From: Psammoneis japonica
Taxonomy: Eukaryota
Length of the DNA: 62,771 bases
Direction of reading: 5' to 3'
Assembly: GCA_008632985.1 (NCBI GenBank)
Contig: QPGO01000268.1
Span: forward strand, 1-62,771
Shown here: positions 58,401-62,771 of the stretch, piece after piece
Position numbering within the stretch: position 1 is the first letter of the stretch
Layout: every line of letters starts with the position of its first letter
Translations under genes and position numbers: made by a program
The notes under the pieces: model-generated
What the model saw: the letters and a program-made list of their open reading frames with translations, nothing else
What the model was told of the DNA's origin: nothing
Databases searched by the model: none

Positions 58401-61400
58401 TTTGACACCTGTGAGGAACTGGAACCTCTCAACGACTAGAAGCATTTCTTTGACGCTCTTGAGGACTTCAGCCCGGATTTCTTCCGGTTTGACGAGCTCT
58501 GTCTGCCGAATCACATCGTGGACACTGCCCAATTTCAAGATCCTGTGGAACTGTTGGAGGAAGCAAGTGTTAGACCAGTCGTCTACAATGCCTCCACCAT
58601 CCAACTGCTCACCGGACAATCACAAGCCGACCTCCTTGCATCCGATCCGCAGGCACTCATCGGTCTGTCAGACGAGGCTCTCACGGTCGTCATGGACACT
58701 GGTGCCACGTTAGCCATTGCCCCCGACAAAGATGATTTTACGGGGCCCATGACTGTTCCCAAGAAACCCTTGCAGATCAATGGGATTGCCAACGGTCTCA
58801 CCATCCAGGGTGCCGGTCCGGTTGCATGGGTGTTCACAACGCCGAGTGGGGCTGCCATCCAACTGAACACCATGGCATGCTACGTCCCTGGAGCCCGTCA
58901 GCGCCTGCTGTCGCCTCAATGCCTCTTCAACGAAGAAAAGGGGGTGCGTGGGAAGTGCGAGGGCGATGAAACCACTTTCCGTTTACATGTTGACGGGACA
59001 GGCAAGTTGGTCGTGCCATGTCATCCATCAAGCCACTTGCCCATTGCGTCGATGACCAAGGGCGTCTCTGCCGCTCCTCAAGTGAACCTGCAGATCCTCA
59101 ACGAGGAGAATCAAAACCTCACGGCAGGCCAAAAGCTTCTTCTCGAAATGCATGCCCGTTTTGGCCATTTGAACTTTGGTCGCGTCCAAGCACTTCTCCG
59201 CGCAGCTCCGTTCCTGTCGAACCGTTTCAAGTCCGCAGCGAAGTGTGACCACCCAAGATGCGAGGTGTGCGAACATGCTAAAGGTCATGGACACTCCCTT
59301 GGATCTACTCACAAGTCGACAGTCCCTGAACGCGACGGGGCCCTTCGAGCTGACCATCTTCGACCGGGTCAGGCTGTCAGCATTGATCATTTTGAGTCGC
59401 GCCTTTTGGGCCGCACCTTCGACTCACATGGCAAAGCCACGTCCAAGCAATTCAAGGGCGGTTGTGTCTTTGTCGACCACGCCTCTGGCTATGTCCAGGT
59501 CAAGCACCAACTGGGTTTCTCCGCTGTTGAGACGATGCGAGCGAAGCAAGCGTTTGAGAAACATGCTTTGGACCACGGGGTCATCGTCCAAGAATTTCTT
59601 GCCGACAGTGGCGCTTTCAAGGCCAACGCTTTTGTGCAACACACACGAGACCATGAACAACGTCTCCGTTTCTGTGGAACCAACGCCCATCATCAGAACG
59701 ACGTTGCAGAGCGGGGCATCCGAAGCATCTCCAACATGGCGAGAGCGATGTTGCTTCATGCATCAATCCACTGGAAGGGGGGAATTGACAGCTCCCTGTG
59801 GCCCATGGCAGTTTCTCATGCCATGCACATCTACAATGTCACCCCAAATTCCAAAGGACATTGCCCAGCGGACATTTTCACTGGTTCGACAGTGCCAAGA
59901 CATCGGTTGCGCGACATTCACACATGGGGATGTCCAGCGTGCGCACTTGATCCGACCCTCGCTTCTGGGAAGAAACTCCCGCGTTGGGAGCCTCGCACTC
60001 GTCGCGCTTTGTTCGTGGGACTCAGCACCATCCATTCCAGTGAGGTTCCTTTGGTCCTCAATCTTCAAACTGGAAGTGTTGCTCCTCAGTGTCATGTGGT
60101 CTTTGACGATCTCTTCACTGCCGTGCCATCAATCGAGAGGGAGACGGATCCACCTGATCACTGGGAACACTTGTGCCTCAACCAATCGACATGCATCCCT
60201 CTGGAGAAGGATCAAGCAGTTCATTCACACGATGAGTGGCTTGCCCCTCCAGAGCGTCAACGTAAAGAGCGAGAACCAGCCAGAGCAACACGCACTCGCG
60301 GCCATTTTGAGCCTGCTCCATCGATTGCTGTGCCGGATTCACCCACTTCTCGTGACGACATTGCCGATCGAGTCGCACCTGCGACTCAGCAGCCAACGCC
60401 ACCAGCCCCATCTACAACTCAAACTCCTGCAGACTCTGCGGACTCTACACCAATTCAGCCACCTGAACCTCAAGACAGTGACGGACTTCCGCCACCCGAA
60501 GCGCCGACGGAACCAACAGCTCCTCCCCCAGTCGAGACACCTCCCACGACGAATCCAGAGGGAGTGCCAGGGCTGCGACGGTCTTCACGGTCAACCAAGG
60601 GACAGTTCAACTCTGCCAAGTTTGTAGATGAGGTCTGCTTCAGCTCCGTCGAGGAAATGCCGCTGCCGATCGGACACGAGGCTCAGCCAGCGCATCTGGC
60701 GACTCTCGAGACGGATTTGGACAGTGGTGCCATCAATGTCGGCGATCCACGAGCCTGCGCGGCTAGTGAGAAAACCAAGGACCCTGATGTGCCTTCGTTG
60801 CACAATGCTCTGAAAGGTCCGGACACCGACGAATGGATTGAGGCGATGAAAATTGAAGTCAATGCACTCATGCATCGTCGAGCCTGGAAAGCAGTCGAGC
60901 GTCAGCTGCACATGAATGTGCTTCCAGGCACATGGGCACTGAAGCTCAAGAGACTCCCAGATGGAGCCCCTCTCAAGCATGAGGCCCGACACTGCGTCCG
61001 CGGTGATTTGCAGAAAGAAGGAGTCGACCACTTCGAAACCTGCGCGCCGGTTGTGCAATGGTCCAGTGTCCGACTCATGCTCACTGCGGCATTAAAGGAG
61101 GGATGGACTGCACGTCAGGTGGACTGTGCCACAGCCTTTTGCCAAGCTGATGTCGCCGAGGAAGTTTGTGTCACACCGCCGAAGGGATTTGCGCCAAGGT
61201 CGGGACTCAATGTGGTTCTCAAACTTTTGAAAGGACTGTGCGGCCTAAAACAGTCTCCCAAGGGCTTCTGCGAGAAGCCACGAGCTGGTTTAACCGAGCG
61301 CGGATGGGTGCCTTCAGCCACAGATCCCTGTTTGTATTTCAAAGAGGGCATGATGTGTGTGGTGCACGTCGACGACACCGTTTTTGCTGGAGCTTCAGCT

Positions 61401-62510
61401 GAAGCTCTAGAAGCCGAAATTCGCAAGTCAGGAGTCTCCGACGACGAACATCGCCACGCATTTGAACTTAGAGACGAAGGAGAAGTCGGCAACTTTCTCG
61501 GCATCAAGATCGAAAAGCTCTCCGAGGGTCGATTTCTACTCACTCAACCCGGTCTAATTGACAAGGTCCTGCGTGCCGCACAGATGCAGGATTGCAATGG
61601 AGCATCTGCTCCAGCTCTGCCTGCGGCTGTTGGTGCCGACACGGACGGCCTGCCTTTTGATGAACCCTGCGATTGTCGCTCAGTTGTTGGAATGTTGATG
61701 CACTTGGCAGCAAACAGCCGGCCAGACATTGCGTGTGCCACACATCAAGCAGCTCGATTCTCGTTTGCACCCCGAGCGTCCCACACTGCTGCAGTGAAGC
61801 GGATGCTCCGATGCCTCAAAGCAACTGCCACTGAAGGTCTCATTCTCAAGCCTGCGCAAGATCATCGAGTTGATTGTTGCGTCGATTCTGACTTCGCGGG
61901 GTCATTTGGTGTGGAAGATGGTCAAGACCCAGTTTCTGTCAAGTCCAGGACTGGATGCCTTGTCCACTGCGCCGGCTGCCCGCTTGTCTGGGTGTCCAAG
62001 CTGCAGACTCTTGCAGCATTGTCGACTGTGGAAGCGGAGTGTGTCGCACTTTCTCAAGCTGTGCGCGATCTCATCCCCATTCGTGAAGTTCTCAAGGAGC
62101 TCAACCACCACGCACTCGGAAAGTCTGACCACCAAAACCCCATCACGACTCACTCCAAGGCTTTTGAGCTCGCAACCCAAGGCACCGATGACTCGCCTGT
62201 AGAGCAGAATGTCCCACCTGCGTCAGTTGTGTACGAAGATAACTCCGCGTGCCTCAAGTTCGCACGCATGCCCAAGTTGTCTCCGCGAACCAAACACATC
62301 GGTGTCCCGCACCACTGGTTTGGGACTAAAGTCGAACAACTGGAGATCGACATCCAACCTGTCAGCACTCTAGAGCAACCAGCCGATCAGCTCACGAAGG
62401 GACTACGGACCGATGCGTTCCGCACGGCCAGAAAGGCTCTCATGGGCTGGCAAGCTCTCTCGGTTGAGAGGGAGAGTCACGACTCAACGTCATTCTGGTC
62501 GCATCTCACG
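55467..62510 (+). mobile_element. Near full-length Ty1/copia (CoDi-like) LTR retrotransposon, TpA-hypermutated
   Basis: Domain order gag-PR-IN-RT-RH. A 36-bp LTR start is shared by 55467-55502 and 62475-62510 (one mismatch). PPT gagagggag at 62466-62474. The 3' LTR diverges after 36 bp. Confidence 0.93.
55863..62453 (+). pseudogene. Copia gag-pol polyprotein, inactivated
   Basis: ORFs 55863-58439 and 58518-62513 are in one frame, split by TAG 58437-58439. Zinc knuckle CHGCGLEGHTKKTC, protease VVMDTGA, integrase H..FGH..C..C with VSIDH/LADSG/AER, RT HVDD (61365-61376), RNase H VDSDFAG/EAEC/YEDN/ADQLTK. The ancestral stop after LMGW is probably at 62451-62453 (now CAA). Confidence 0.92.
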
Positions 62511-62771
62511 TGACAGGATTTGAACAGGATTTGGGTGCGCGCGAAGTGTCGCGCGCTGTTTAGTTTACCGTGCACAGTTTTGTGTGCTTTAGTTCCGCGC
62601 GTTCACGCGCGATGTAGTTTGCTTTCGAGCCACAAGGCTCACAAGAATGATGACAGCAGCCCGACCACACCGACTTGCACGTCTTTCGGCTCCTGCAACG
62701 GTCTCTGAGCGGAGACTCATCTGCCATTTAGACAGCAGTAAGGAGTCATTGTTTGAATTCTTGCCATTTGC
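62511..62771. mobile_element. Probable terminus of a second element inserted into the Copia 3' LTR
   Basis: Identity to the 5' LTR stops abruptly at 62510 and new sequence begins TGACAGG (LTR-like TG start). The other end and TSD are outside the window. Confidence 0.4.

Noticed and set aside
59176..60627. 483-aa overlapping frame within pol
   Set aside because: An alternative frame opened by stop-codon depletion, with no recognisable domain.
55863..62513. Alternative genetic code or RNA editing as the explanation for Tyr>Cys/His
   Set aside because: Neighbouring genes use TAY normally, non-coding DNA and all codon positions are affected, and both TG and CA products occur on one strand.

Overview
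Eukaryotic DNA, most likely a pennate diatom (inferred from CoDi-type Copia elements, diatom-type HSF/LRR/Pro-Ser-repeat genes, an 'A-F' plastid signal and mostly 76-97 nt introns). The window alternates between two kinds of sequence. (1) Ordinary gene blocks (about 1-3.9, 17.9-31.3 and 35.9-52.7 kb) hold a DOCK-like protein, an R2R3 Myb, COQ8, a plastid-targeted UbiA-type terpene cyclase candidate, a methyltransferase-like gene, a PIN-nuclease/DEAH-helicase fusion, a RING-H2 ligase, an LRR gene and several conventionally decayed pseudogenes. (2) Three sharply bounded domains (about 3.9-17.9, 31.3-35.8 and 52.7-62.8 kb) hold transposons and copies of host genes in which TpA has been largely converted to TpG or CpA, i.e. 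A>G on either strand. Conserved Tyr become Cys/His (RT YVDD>HVDD, YADD>CAND, HSF, TCTP, TBC), a TAA stop is read through, and CTA/TAG contexts are preferentially spared. In the youngest element TpA is lost while CpG is retained. This looks like a repeat-targeted, adenine-directed hypermutation process, opposite in direction to fungal RIP, and is the main candidate for an undescribed system. The responsible enzyme cannot be identified in this window. An artefact from a miscalled modified base must be excluded, since the assembly also shows 1-nt indels in intact genes. All counts are manual, and all homology calls are motif recognition rather than database searches.
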